From Iphione sp. A-MEVVRFRX5 (Eukaryota): DNA of 64,000 nucleotides. The position numbers and the translations under genes are program-made. The notes beneath the pieces were generated by a model, which made no database searches, was not told where the DNA came from, and worked only from the letters and a program-made list of their open reading frames with translations. This document shows, in pieces, positions 35,766 through 48,597 of this stretch (position 1 is the first letter of the stretch; every line of letters starts with the position of its first letter). The stretch is taken from NCBI GenBank assembly GCA_976226885.1, contig OZ320323.1:19406001-19470000 (forward strand), in the 5' to 3' direction.

Positions 35766-38404
35766 ACTGATATAGACGATGCAAATAATTATTTTTTTTC
35801 ACAAATGGGATATTTCAAGAGGAAAGCAAGTGGATATTCTTAAGTGACTTAAGTGGTGTAACATCATTAATTCTGCACCTGGTACCATTCCATAGCAAAT
35901 CCACCTGTCATAAAATCTTCGAAAAAAACTATGCCTTCTCATTTATGTTCGGTGATATTCATTCTTAGACATACAAGATTATAAGTTTCTCTGATGATGT
36001 TACTTGCGAAGTTGATTAGGTCATTATGTCTGATGACTACTGGCAGCACAGCCCGGACAAACAGCGTCGTTAAAGATGCACTGGAGAAGTCACCATGATG
36101 AATACTTCATACTTTGACGTCCCTGCATCATATTTGATTTACCCGGTTATAGCAGGGATAACGATGTGGCTCCATCAAGCATGGAAACCACAATTTTAAA
36201 AAAAGAACACACATCTATAAGTAGCTGTTGGCTTATCATACAGCCATAGATGAGTGGCTTGCAGCGCAAGTGGGTTAAAAAGCAACCACTAGAGGCGATG
36301 CTGGAGGGGAATGCTTGGTGAGAGCCGTCAATCAATATTTCACTTGTTCGGTGTGGATCCCATTGAAGGGAGTACTGGTAGAAAAAAACACTAGCACCGA
36401 GGGGTTTAATGTATATCCGCGTGGAAAAAGGAATACCTAGCAGTGTAGGATTGAAGGTATGATTAAAATGAAGTTCTAGCATCAGAGATTTCAAGACATT
36501 TCTTTTTAGATGAAAGCAAACCCCGGCATTTTGGGGTTAAACATAGTATCATCGCAGACTGATCGAAAAGCCTAGCATTGAAGGGTTAATGGTACTATAC
36601 CCTGGAACGGGGATCGTTCTCAGAAGGCAATCCATATCATTCGTGGAAATACCTCATCACAATGGGCCCCGAGTTATCGCGGCTGTCAACGCCTATTAAG
36701 GGAACGTGCTAGCCAGCGGATCCCATAATGTCTCTTAGTAGCTCTCCGTGTAATCACTAATCTTCGGGCCATCAGAGATATGCAGCTTACGAACTTATAG
36801 TGGGATTTGTTTTTTGTACGAACAAGATGATCAAAATGAAATATGCCGTAGATTATTACACACATAAATTGAGCTTTTTTCCAGCCACTGAATGATTGAA
36901 AAACAACACTGTTGGTCGTCGAATATCATTTAACAATGCTACTTTAAAGTTCATTTCTTGCATAACAGTATATGACAGTTATTAAAACAGAGGTACAAAT
37001 ATATTGAGCTTCCCTTATTTATTAAATGCTTCTGACTCAGTGCCTGTGGGCATCCGTTTTTGCTCAACAACACTAAATCGCGGATCTTATCATTTTTGAA
37101 TGTATATCATATGTTGCATAGAAATGGGAAAATAAATCGACATATCATCAATCATAAAAGGGTCAGATGAACAATGCATGAAAGAATACAATGAATACTG
37201 ATTGATAGGATCCATACTGTGCCCCAACCCCAACTCCCACACTCGATTATGTAGCTGCAGGGCGAGGACTGAACTATTTCACACCATGCCGCGCTGGCTT
37301 CCTCAATGTGTTTGCACGCCAAGTCATTATGTGGTGTCCTACAAATTCAGTCACGCTCAACATACTGGACACTCTTAGAATAAGGGTACCTAAAACTCTA
37401 TTGAAATCTGAATGATAGAGTTTCGCGTTTTGAAGGGAGTTTTTGCTGATAAAACATACCTTCATGGTTCTAATGCTATACATCATTAACGAATGATCCC
37501 CAATCCCATGCCCAAAACCCGTTGCAATCATGATTGCACAGCTTGGGTTATAGCATTCTTCTATTATTCGGAAATGGAAAAAAACAGGATGAATTTTATA
37601 GTATTGCTTTATTACATAGAGCCCATCCTCGAGCACACCTCAGACGTTAGTAGTGGGGGACCAATTATATGAATGATAGGGCGAGTGCCATATAAATGGG
37701 TGAATAAGCGGGTTTTGAGGAGGGGTGCTAGAAGAAAGCTGAGAAAGTGAGGCTGTTCTGCTGAGGTGGCCATTTTTGTACTGGTGGTAACACAATAGTC
37801 CTATGGAAATCCCCTCCATCGTAATAAGCCTGCATCACTATGGAGAGGCCATCTACACACCTAATGTACAAAGGCATGCCTCTACACTCAAAAGACAAGT
37901 GTATATCTTATAATCTACTTGCCTTTCTCTTCGTATCCATGTTAATGCATTCATCAAAATCAACACCTCTATGTGTTAATAGAAGTAAATATATCAACAC
38001 GTTGGTAGGATTTTAACGCTCTCCAACCTTTTAATGTTGCTTCCAGATCAAAACAGATAGGATCCATATCTAAAACTAGTTTATCGAAAGAGTTAAGAAT
38101 TTAACACAGCTATTCAATATCAACCAGTTAACATGTTTACCCTCGCATATTAAAAGAGCTGCCGGAAGTAGGCTGAAAGTAGATCATCAAGCAGTTCCTT
38201 CCCTTTGAAAACAAAGTAAGGTATTATGTATATTTGGCCTTCAGAGACAAACTTTCAGGGATAAAAAGTCTCCAAATATATTTAAATGGAGCAGTAAGAA
38301 AAATAATTAGGCAGAGAGCAGTGACATTGACCTTTAAAAATAAACAAAGAACTCTGGCAAAGAACTTACGAGTGACGGTTTTCGCCTGACTACCCATCGC
38401 TGGG

Positions 38405-38460
38405 AGAGAAAGAGCAAGAGACAGAGAGACACAGACAGACAGACAGACAGAGACAGAGAG
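38405..38460. repeat. (GA)/(CAGA)n microsatellite
   Basis: Mixed GA and CAGA units. Confidence 0.85.
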
Positions 38461-39799
38461 TGATATTGTGTGTATCTGATGGTCAAGATGACGGACATGG
38501 CTCCACCAGTTGGTGGGTGGTGGGATGGCATTGTTAAGGGGACCTTGCCCCAATTAGTTCACACGCTTATACAGCCCAAGTGCAAGCGCCGAAGGCACTT
38601 GTAATGATAACAAATAAGCATTTCTTACAGTGTATTACGAATATGTTTTGTTCTTTCCAAAGCTATCCCTCCTTAAGTATTCTCCATTTTATGAAATTAG
38701 GTCTCCCTATCAGCGTCCTTATTTGAGGCATGTCCCTGTTGAAATGATCGTAAGGTGGCGGTAGTCTTATTAGCAGAACACAGTGCACACTTCAAATGAC
38801 AATGCACAACCATGGCACCAGTACGGCACTCCCATGTATGATGTGTAAGTGAATTTGATTGTATTTGTTGGACGTATGGAGCATAGAACAAAATAGATTC
38901 ACACAAGATCGCTGAGCTTGCTAGTGGATACATGAATGGGCTATCACAAGACTGAGTAAACCCATTAACCATTGTCTTGTAAGAAATAGGGGAAGGGGGG
39001 CACCGCTGGGGGCTTCACAAGGAGTTCTGATGGGGCTCTGACTCACCTGACTATAACATTGTTGGACCTCCACTGTCCAGTGCCCACTACACATGTTTGA
39101 CTTGTTTTTTTACTTTTAGTTCCGGATGTTCTTACGTAGGTTATTGTTACAATTTAAACCGATTTCCATAAACTCTATATCTTCGGTAGATGGGAGGAAG
39201 GTTTGTTTTAAGAAGTAAAGTTAACTAAAGTTAATAGCCTCCCTACCAACTATACACACCAATACCTACAGTGCAATAATAGTACCTGATGAGACAATCG
39301 TCGAAACCGTGTTATTGTGGTCAGAAAATAGAGTCAAAAGTGCACATAAAATACTGTTGTGTGAGACCTTAAGGGTTCACCATAGTAATAACATGGCTTA
39401 TAAAGGAAACACAAACAGTTGGCAGGCTACAACTCTGTCGCACCTCACAGAGTCAACAGCATAACCACGTCGCATTCATTATTGTTACAATCTAGCAACC
39501 ATAAGATGAGTATAAGATGAATTACCTTTATCCCTCACAGAGGATGATGTAAAAAGGTTAAAGAAGGTTTTTTTTCTCATCTACGTGGTGTCTATATTCC
39601 GAATCACTTATTTAATATGTCTTCCTTTCGTGTCCTCACATATCTACTTGTAACAGCGTGAAAGGTGGCTGTTTTCTTTAAAAATGCCCTTTCCTGTCCC
39701 CACGTCCCACGCCCGGTTACACACACTCATGCAGTATTTGCTGAACGCGAGTGACTCAAAGTCTTACAGAGTCTCAGTTTGGAGGTAGGCATTAGGCGC

Positions 39800-39920
39800 A
39801 GAGAAAGAGCAGAGAGAGAGAGAGAGAACGAAATAGAGAGAGAGAGGGAGAGACGGAGAGACGGTCTGAGAGAGAACGAGATGGATAGAGACGATAGAGG
39901 GTAAGAGAGAGAAAAAGAGA
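39800..39920. repeat. GA-rich low-complexity tract
   Basis: Interrupted (GA)n. Confidence 0.85.
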
Positions 39921-41779
39921 GCACGGGCTCCAGCACGTGCCCTGTCATATCCACTTATCTTTAAATGCGGATCACCATGAACTTTAAATGTCAGGTACGC
40001 ATTCCTTGTCAACAGGTATACATCAAAAGGTCTACGTGATTGACTTTTAACTGCAAACGCCATCTACTTGTAAGAGATAATTACTACCCGCTTGTAAAAG
40101 GACACCAACCTGAAAGCCTATACCCACCTTCTCACCATGGTTAACGGCAGGCATGCCATACTTGAGTATACTAAATGGAGGATGACATTTTCCTTTGTGT
40201 GCTTGGGCATGGATCAACATACCCACCAGGACGCATGACTTCTGTATGAGCCACTCATATTCAAGTAGTTCCGCGAAGATGTTGACACGTGATCTCTGGT
40301 AACGAACAGGATTTCAGGTAAAAAAAAAGACAGTGGGAAATCAATTCAGCGAAGACAGTTCATGGCCGTGGCTAAGAGAAAGCACTACATGGTAAAAAAA
40401 AATCAGAGAAAAACAGTCCCACCAAGGCAAATGAAGAAAACAGATCCCAAGTGGGAACATGAAACGGGATGATGTGGCAATAGGGAATTCCCTGAGGACT
40501 CCATATAGTAGTACACTGTAAAGCAAATTTCTGTAGAATCCCTCTGTCGATCCAGACTTATATTCACCCTCCCGAGCCGTTATATATTACAAAAGAGCGT
40601 CGACGATACGTAGTCTAGCTCATATGGCACAAATATCAGAGGTATGTCAACGGAAATGAAGGAAGATCTAGGCAAACGAAGATATTTGATTCGTGCCGAG
40701 CTCATAAGTGTGCTCAAACAAGCTCCAGTGTCTCATGTGTTGTACGACAAAGCTAGACACGAGCTTAAACTAACAGATCCCATCCGGGCAGATGGTATGT
40801 ACAGTGAACGTACGACAGGTGCATTCGTACAGTGGAAAACCACCTCAGAGACAAACTGCCAATAGGGATATGTTTGAAATAGGGATAGTTTTTCTAATAT
40901 TTTTTATTTCTAATTGTAAAAATTATACATTGATATGTATTTGAGTAGAGTATTATTTAGCAATAATTAGTTTGCACTTTTAAAGGACTGATGAACGAAG
41001 GTTATAATGATCTTTTAAGACAATCTCGGCTGACAAGTTACCTCTAATATTGGACAACGTCCAATGTAGTGACGTATACTAATTAAATTACTTGTAATCT
41101 GTCCTTCGGAACCAGTTACTTTAATTGCAGTTGTATTGGACTTTCGGGAAAAACAAATTGTATTGTTTCTGTTTTAAGAGAATATTTCTAAATAAACCCT
41201 TGAAAGCAGGTAAAACAAACCATCACCGTGGGACATTTAGGTAAAAATCATGAAAGCGGTACGTTTTCATTGGCAGATGATATCACAAAACCCAACATAT
41301 GCCGCATTCTAGCATTTTCGCTGACAGTCCGGCCAAGGTTTAATGGGGACATGTCTCAATTCAGGACAGCTTCATCAAGACCCAAATTCTGTGATTAAAT
41401 GGCTTTCCACTGCACGTTCCTGCTGGTATGCCTAGTGCAAGGTTTGTTGTCTAAACACGTGGTCAGCACGTCCGTGATAAACAAAATGTGTTCCCCAAAA
41501 TGACGTGAGCTGCTCCAAAATGTCACTGTTTGTTCAGGGCCAATCACGGGACCTTATTCCTGTCAGACTAACTCCTTGATATTTTCATTACATGCTTTAC
41601 TTTTTGTAACGTCTGGTGAGAACCTGGCTATGTGTTACAAACCCCCACCCCTCGCCATAGAGTGCTCCTGTCAGCGGAAAGGTCATACACAGCTGAGACG
41701 AAAAAGACAAAAGAAGGCTCCTCTGGTAGATCTCAAATGACGAACCAGTAGGAAATCTTCTGATACTGAGTCCAATTTC

Positions 41780-42150
41780 ATCAGGATTGCGTCCTTTTAT
41801 ACAGGTCGATTCTTCTTGGACGTTTTTAGCGTGATGACCGTGATATTAAACAAACCTTCATGATTACTATTTTATGCTAGGACTCCCCGAGTAGGTAGAC
41901 TAACAGCTAGATATTTGTCATGTGCTAGCCATCGTCCATGGAGTTTAATCCAACTTAATCTGGAATTCAATTTTACCAGGATTGTTTTAGAACTGTGCGT
42001 CCTTTCATACAGGTCGGTTCTTCTTCAATGTTTTCAGCATGATGACTATGATATCAACCAAACATTCGTGATTGATTTGTTTTGGTAGGAGTTCCCTGAG
42101 CGGGTAAACTAACAGATACTTGCCACGTGCTAGCCATCGTCCATGGAACT
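41780..42150. repeat. Diverged tandem duplication, period ~208 bp
   Basis: gcgtccttt.atacaggtcg.ttcttctt at 41789 and 41997; gtgctagccatcgtccatgga ends both copies. Confidence 0.85.
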
Positions 42151-44384
42151 TATCAGTTGATACTGAATGATCTATATTTTCCTCGGTATTGAATGACATA
42201 TAGTTTGATGAGCACTGGGATGATAGATGTAGAGGATGTAGATGTCTCTTACAGGATTACCAATATGACTATATAAATGTGGTCTCTCCTGTAGTCTGGT
42301 CTCCCCTTTGATCTCTTTCTATATGGAAGTGTGTATATTTCGTTCGTTCGGTCCCTGATGTAGTGTGATCTCCCCCGGTCTTTGAGTGAGAAAAGGGAGC
42401 ATTTACACAGGTCTCACATGACTTAGGCCACTATGAGGAACTCCTTTAAGGGGGAGGGGAGAGCTGAAATTAAAATCAATCTTCCTTCCCGTCTCCCTCT
42501 TTATCTGTCTCCCCCGCCCATTACTAATGGATACCTTGAAATATTTTGTTGGGGATTTCGGACCGATTTCTCTTATTGTGGATCACCACCATTAGGTTAC
42601 ACCAGTTTCTGAAGGAAGAAATACAGTTCAACCTAATTTTGTTTTTCACACTAGTCTGCCTCATATTTGCCTCGTTTCTTGTTTTGGGCTTATTTCTGAT
42701 TCCACTGTGGAAAACATGGCATGCATGGAAACACTCCCAATGTGTTCACCGTTGGTACAGTGATTACAAACATGGTCGTGAAAACACCGCCCATGGCAAC
42801 ATGCTTACCTGGAAACCCAGCCGAACTCTGGGCTGCCGACGTTATTGACTTTTCTGCAGGGTCAATTGCAAGGTGAATTACTACTGTATATTCAACAATA
42901 AACAGAGCTGCTGAGGTAACCGTCAAATTAGGATCCCTTTCAGCCAGCGCCAAGGTTGGCCCCTATTACAGAGGCATTTCCAGCTGGTCATCATCGTCGT
43001 GTACGCATTACCTTGGGCGACCCTAAACCCAGGTCCTTCACGTTCATCTGCCGTGGCATGTCACTATGGTGATATCCTTCTCATGGAAGGAATGGCAAGC
43101 GTAAATGACGGCGACCAACAAGAAAGGTCACTGCATGTAATTTCAAAGGCCAAGGCACATGGTTTCATGGCAGTTCGCTCCTGATATCTGATACCGGAGA
43201 TGAAAAAATATTGTTTAATTCGCTTATCTTGTTCGCATACGTCGCTTCCACATCGGTCCATTAACATGCCAGCACTAATGGTTGTTACCTGCGTTTAAAA
43301 GTGAACGTTTTTCATTGACTGTACGGGGATATCCGACAAGGATCGCTATATAAAGTGATTAGAGGCCAAATTAGATGTAAAGGCCTCTGCTTTGAAAAGA
43401 AAAGGAACTTCATAATAGATGAGCCTTGGTCCCTGTCACTGTATATGTTTTGCTGATCCAAGAGTAACGATTTATTTCATGTCTAACGGAAGGACAATAA
43501 TTTGCTGGTACTTATAAAAAAGGAACAGAGAAAAAATGGGTGTTTTCCAGCATGTCCAGGAAAGGTCAGCAGCGTATCAAAATAACACGGACTCTTAAAT
43601 AATGAAAAACAGTATTTAATATCTTTACATAAAACTACCCACATACAGGATACGTATGGAAGGTCAACCGAAAGGAAATTCTATCACACAGAGAAAAAAA
43701 TTATCTTCAAAGCGACTGTGTTAATGAGCGCGGAGATTACAAGGATGCGATGCTGGAAGTCCAGACCTTTAATCAACAGCTTTCTTCACCACCACGTATC
43801 GGATGGTAGCTTTTACATAGTTTAGCATTTTAAAGAACCGAGAACATTGGATGAATTACAGCTTGCACGTATATGGCAAAAGATAGGATATGCTCTGCCA
43901 ATTCGGGACAACTCGGGAGGAGAAATTTCTATTTTTCTCATCATATTCAAGTCTGACAGAAGCGAATAAGCATAATTACTGTATCTTGATGTGCGATATT
44001 CAGGAAAGCAGACAACATTAAAGCGACTTTCCACACACTAAAAGTACATATCGAAGACCTAAAGACAGAGACGACATGTAAACTGCACTAGTTCCTTTAA
44101 AAGGTTGTTGACAGATCTTGAGTGGTATGACAACAATACAATATCTTAATGTGGAACTTTCGTTGCTAATGGTATACTCCGTTTGCAAATAGCATTCACA
44201 CGCATGATACTGTGACAGGAAATCCAAGATTTCTTTGAGATGCCTCTTATATAATACTCATAGACCACGAGTGATGTAATATTTTTTCTGCGACAATGAC
44301 AATATACATCTATGTCAATTGGAGGTGTTCTGCTAATGCTTTGTTCTGTTTGACTATTATTTTTATAGTCATCATATATTTTGG

Positions 44385-44460
44385 CAGTAGGACTAAAAAA
44401 ATCCAGTAACAGGTAAAAAACTGTAGGGTCGGTCGGGAGGTGGTAATTTTTATTTTCATT
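44385..44460 (-). mobile_element. Solo TIR fragment related to the ends of the 60501-61364 element
   Basis: Reverse complement reads accacctcccgaccgaccctacagtttt...tgttactgga, matching accacctaccgactgaccctatatttt...tgttaccgga at ~61298. Confidence 0.5.
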
Positions 44461-44984
44461 TTCAAAATTTTTTTTAAAATGATGTTTAAAATGATATTTA
44501 AAGTCATCATACTTTGTTACAGGAGACCGACGTTATTCTTAAATTTTCCCGTGTATGTTATTCACAAGCCTCCAGTCTTTCTTCAGTGATGAATATAAGA
44601 TGATATTTACTGGGGATTCTTAAAACAAACATTCAATATCCGAACGGTTGTTGCCGGAATATATTCTTTATGGAAATTGAGTTACATGTATTTGGATATT
44701 TAGGTCTATGTCTATGCACATAATAACATTCAGATCCTTTAGAATCAATGGGAATATTTCCATATCAATGGGTATTCGGAAGTCGAGCCTGCACTCTACT
44801 ATTTGTTTCCTTCTAGTTTCCAGATTTAATACTTGACAATGCCTGATGAGACACTCATCCTGTGACAATTACAAGATTTTCGTATAATTCTGGGATCTTT
44901 TGCTAATACTTTAATTTTTGTTAGTTTACGAATGGTATTCAAAGTAGGCACTTATGAGAGGTAATTTTCGGTTTTGTGTTTCAG

Positions 44985-45091
44985 GATTTAAAGTGATCAT
45001 GCGATGTGGGAGGAGACCCAAGATGTACAGCGCCATGACGAGGGACTCCTCACTGGATCTCCGCAATTCCACGATGGTGACCAAGACCTGA
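44985..45091 (+). CDS. GPCR probable last coding exon (helix 8 and C-tail)
   Basis: gttttgtgtttcag acceptor; phase 1 completes Gly to give ENYKR-G-FKVIMRCGRRPKMYSAMTRDSSLDLRNSTMVTKT*. An intervening exon in the 9.7-kb intron cannot be excluded. Confidence 0.75.
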
Positions 45092-47135
45092 AATCAACTT
45101 GATAATATTAATATGAGTATTAGGATTTAGGTAAACCAATCCCCCTTTTTGTTGTTTTTTTATTTTACACTTATACACGAATGAATAGTCATTTTTTTTG
45201 TTTATTTGCTGATTGGTTCTGGGATGCCTTTTTCTAAGACCTAATTTTTACCATATCCATTTTGCAGCTAAAACTGGCGCACACTTCGTTTTCTAGAACG
45301 CTACATATCCGAGAAAGCTATTAGAAAAAATCATTTATTCAAAGCATATAAGATATAAAGTGATAAGGTAATACTGATATACAATTTCCCTTTCCACAAA
45401 ACTAGTTTTTTATGATTTGATACGTGCATTTCGTGTGGTATTCATGCCTACAAAGTCACGATGATGTTCTGCCTTCAATTTCGTTCAATAGGAGGAACAA
45501 ACTAAAAAAACAATGTAATGTACAAGTGTAGCATGACATAGCAGTACATGTTCCGACAATTTGCGCTAGAGATCTACACAAAATATATAATAACGTACCG
45601 GAAGAGCTTTGCGAGTAGTATATGAAATGAGGCCTGAACCACTAGTGTCGCCATCTACCTGAAAATGGCGTAAATGACGGCGAATTTCGAGCATTCCATC
45701 GTGGTCATTTTTGAACGCACACCTTAAAATATAACATTTAGGCACATTAGCAAAAAAATAATTTCGATTTGAAGTACTCTTATCTATATGCAGACTATAA
45801 GGTGAATCACCAGCGACTAGAACGTGATGTGTGCCAGAACTGAATGTATTCCGTTCAGTAATGCCCGAGCTTCAAAGCCCCGTTTTATTTGAAGCGAATG
45901 AGAAAGCAGCATGTGGTTAGAAACGTTGATTCTAATTATCCTCTTTTACATTACACACTGCCCTTGATGGTTAGCGCATACAGTGAAGTCCTTTCAATCA
46001 GGCTATCCCTCAACTTGTAGGGAAACCCAAGGATTGCGGGTGGGGGAGGGAATTGGATCTTCTTCAACCCAATAGTATATACAGAATATGGCCTTCCCTG
46101 AAGTGCCTCCTTAACAGATATGTCCCTATTAGAGTATTGCATACATGTGTATGATGTCCAGAACTATATACAATATTTGATATAAGGGTAATGGTACTGT
46201 ACTGATGATCGTCGAGTTTTATACTTTTATTTTACAGTAGACTGTACATAATAATATTGTAATTATTATATCAGAGTAGATTTTATATTTATACATATTA
46301 TCTCAAAATGATGCTTTTTAATGGTACGGAAAACTGATTGTTGATAATATTTCTAACATTTGATAGTCTATTAACTATAAAATAGAATAAATCGTATTTT
46401 ACCAACTAGGTTTATACTTGCATTCAACAGTTTGTACAGTCAATGTAATACCAGAAAATCTAAGGGGGTAAGGCGTGATGTGTTCAGGTTTTGACCGATC
46501 ATCGAGGAAATGACGCATTGTAATCAGAACCTATAATCACGACATTACTTCCTAAGTTCAAAATTATACTGACAACTGTTTTTTGTATGTCATCCAGCGA
46601 TATCCTCATTTGGATTGTGCCCCCCCCGCCAGGGAATGGGTGCTGCTATGTACTTGTATAGCCAACCAAACGTGCCCCCAGTCTCAACCTGTCCCCTGCC
46701 CCTGGATGTCCACCAAGGTCATGAGGGCCTATTTGTACATGATACCCCACGTTTTCCACGTGCCCCCTCTCTCTAACTCTCAGTCTCTCGCTTCGTTCCA
46801 GTGCTACAGAAACAAAGCCGACCGGCGTCAGAGTTTTCCCGATAGAAAATTTGCCTGGCGTCCTGCGGTCGCCAACGATAAGCCTCACCCTCCTGACACC
46901 GGCCACCCCGGGCCGGCAATAGCGGCGGCGCCAGGTGAGATCCGGGGGCGTTTCGACGCTCCCTGACGCAGATCGATGCCTCCTGTCACCCAGGCCGCCG
47001 AGCGTCCGGGCTGAAATTGACAAATCCTGTCTAAACCTTTATCAGCATGCCCGAAATAGCAGCGGTCGACCAACTGTTAAAGAGGATGTGAGAACTTTAG
47101 AAACGTGCACCTAGATTCTTTTTTTTTACTTTAAC

Positions 47136-47535
47136 AAGGCCGGACCCCCCTACACACAGATATATGCACATCCTTCTGAAGGCATCACCATTGGAGAGGA
47201 AAACACATTTGATGTGACTTGAATATCTGATGTATGAAGCTTTACGTAAGATAACTGCATGTAAAAAAAGGTCAATTTATCTCAAACTGTTATAACGAAA
47301 TTAATAGGGTTCACCAAAAAGCCATCCAAACTCGCAAGGCCGGACCCCCTCTACACACAGATATATGCACATCCTTCTGAAGGCATCACCATTGGAGAGG
47401 AAAACACATTTCATGTGACTTGACCATCTGGTGTATGAAGCTTTATGTAAGATAACTGCATGTAAAAAAAGGCCAATTTAGCTCAAACTTTTATAACGAA
47501 ATTAATAGGGTTCACCAAAAAGCCGTCTAAGCTTG
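47136..47535. repeat. Two near-identical 200-bp tandem units
   Basis: aaggccggacccc...ttcaccaaaaagcc starts at 47136 and 47336; only scattered substitutions. Confidence 0.95.
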
Positions 47536-48291
47536 CATGTGCGTCATGTTCAGACAGTGAATGTCATGAAAAGGTACATTTCTACATCCCAGACGTATGT
47601 TAAGATGTATATACGTTGTACTCAATCAAAGCTCACATTGATTCTGTTGAGCGACTTCTTTTTCAATCAGGTAATATGGTAAGCTGCAACGGAAATCCAC
47701 CTACATAAGCCGTCACAAAAATATCTCTCGTGTTTTTTTAATCAGGAGACTTGTGATGACTATTTGTGAAAAACTGAAGATGTTTTATTTGGTCTGTCAA
47801 ATGCATTATGATGCAATTGAAAGAGCATATATGTTAATACGAATGTATAATGTTGCTTGGAATGACAGAGATGAAGTTTGAACATTGTCATTTGCAGACA
47901 AAAGCCTATCTTTGGTTGTGTACCGTAGTTTTATTTCTCTCCCACAAGGGTCACAATGGTTCAGCTCATCAAACAATAGAATTATGATATTTATGATATT
48001 TTATAATATTATATTAATGATATTTTATAACGTTTATCGCAAATGATATCATATAAAGACTTTGGAAGAACAAAATTGTAGTTCTGGTCATGTCGCATAT
48101 TATTCATCACTATACTCACATGTTATCTTCGGAAATTGTGACCATTCATTGTTCATAATTTGCGGAGCATGGATATCGTTAAGTTCGTATTTCCTTGTAT
48201 AATCTTATCTTTCTCACCCGTTAGATACGTAATGACAAATCACATCGATTGGACTTTGACCTGGTTTCCATACCTCCATTAGCCTGCATTA

Positions 48292-48597
48292 GGCCCTGTT
48301 CACATACAACCAGACAAAAAATCCGCACCCATGTGCGGACACAGAGAAACTCCCTGCTATGTAGACTATAATTGCCAACATATGCTCACCAGATGTATTT
48401 TACTATTGGCTTCTATGGAATCCACATCTGGGTGCAGACTTTTTCCATGTATCATGGAAAAAAATCTGCACCCGTGTGCAGACATGGAAACATCTGTATG
48501 TATGTGAATGCTAGAAGAGATTGGAGTGGTTCAAAAAAAGTCCACACCCATGTGCGGACATGGAACAGAAAAAATCTGGTTATATGTGAAAGATACC
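48292..48597. mobile_element. PIF/Harbinger-like MITE (306 bp)
   Basis: TTA on both sides (48289-48291, 48598-48600). TIRs GGCCCTGTTCACATACAACCAGA and (reverse complement) GGTATCTTTCACATATAACCAGA. Three internal copies of a tccgcac-ccat-gtgcgga palindrome. Confidence 0.75.

Noticed and set aside
42546-43267. Cluster of 60-100-aa ORFs with moderately raised GC
   Set aside because: No recognisable motifs, consistent frame or splice signals.
47136-47535. Tandem repeats as a CRISPR-like array
   Set aside because: Whole 200-bp units are duplicated with no unique spacers, the context is eukaryotic, and there are no cas genes.
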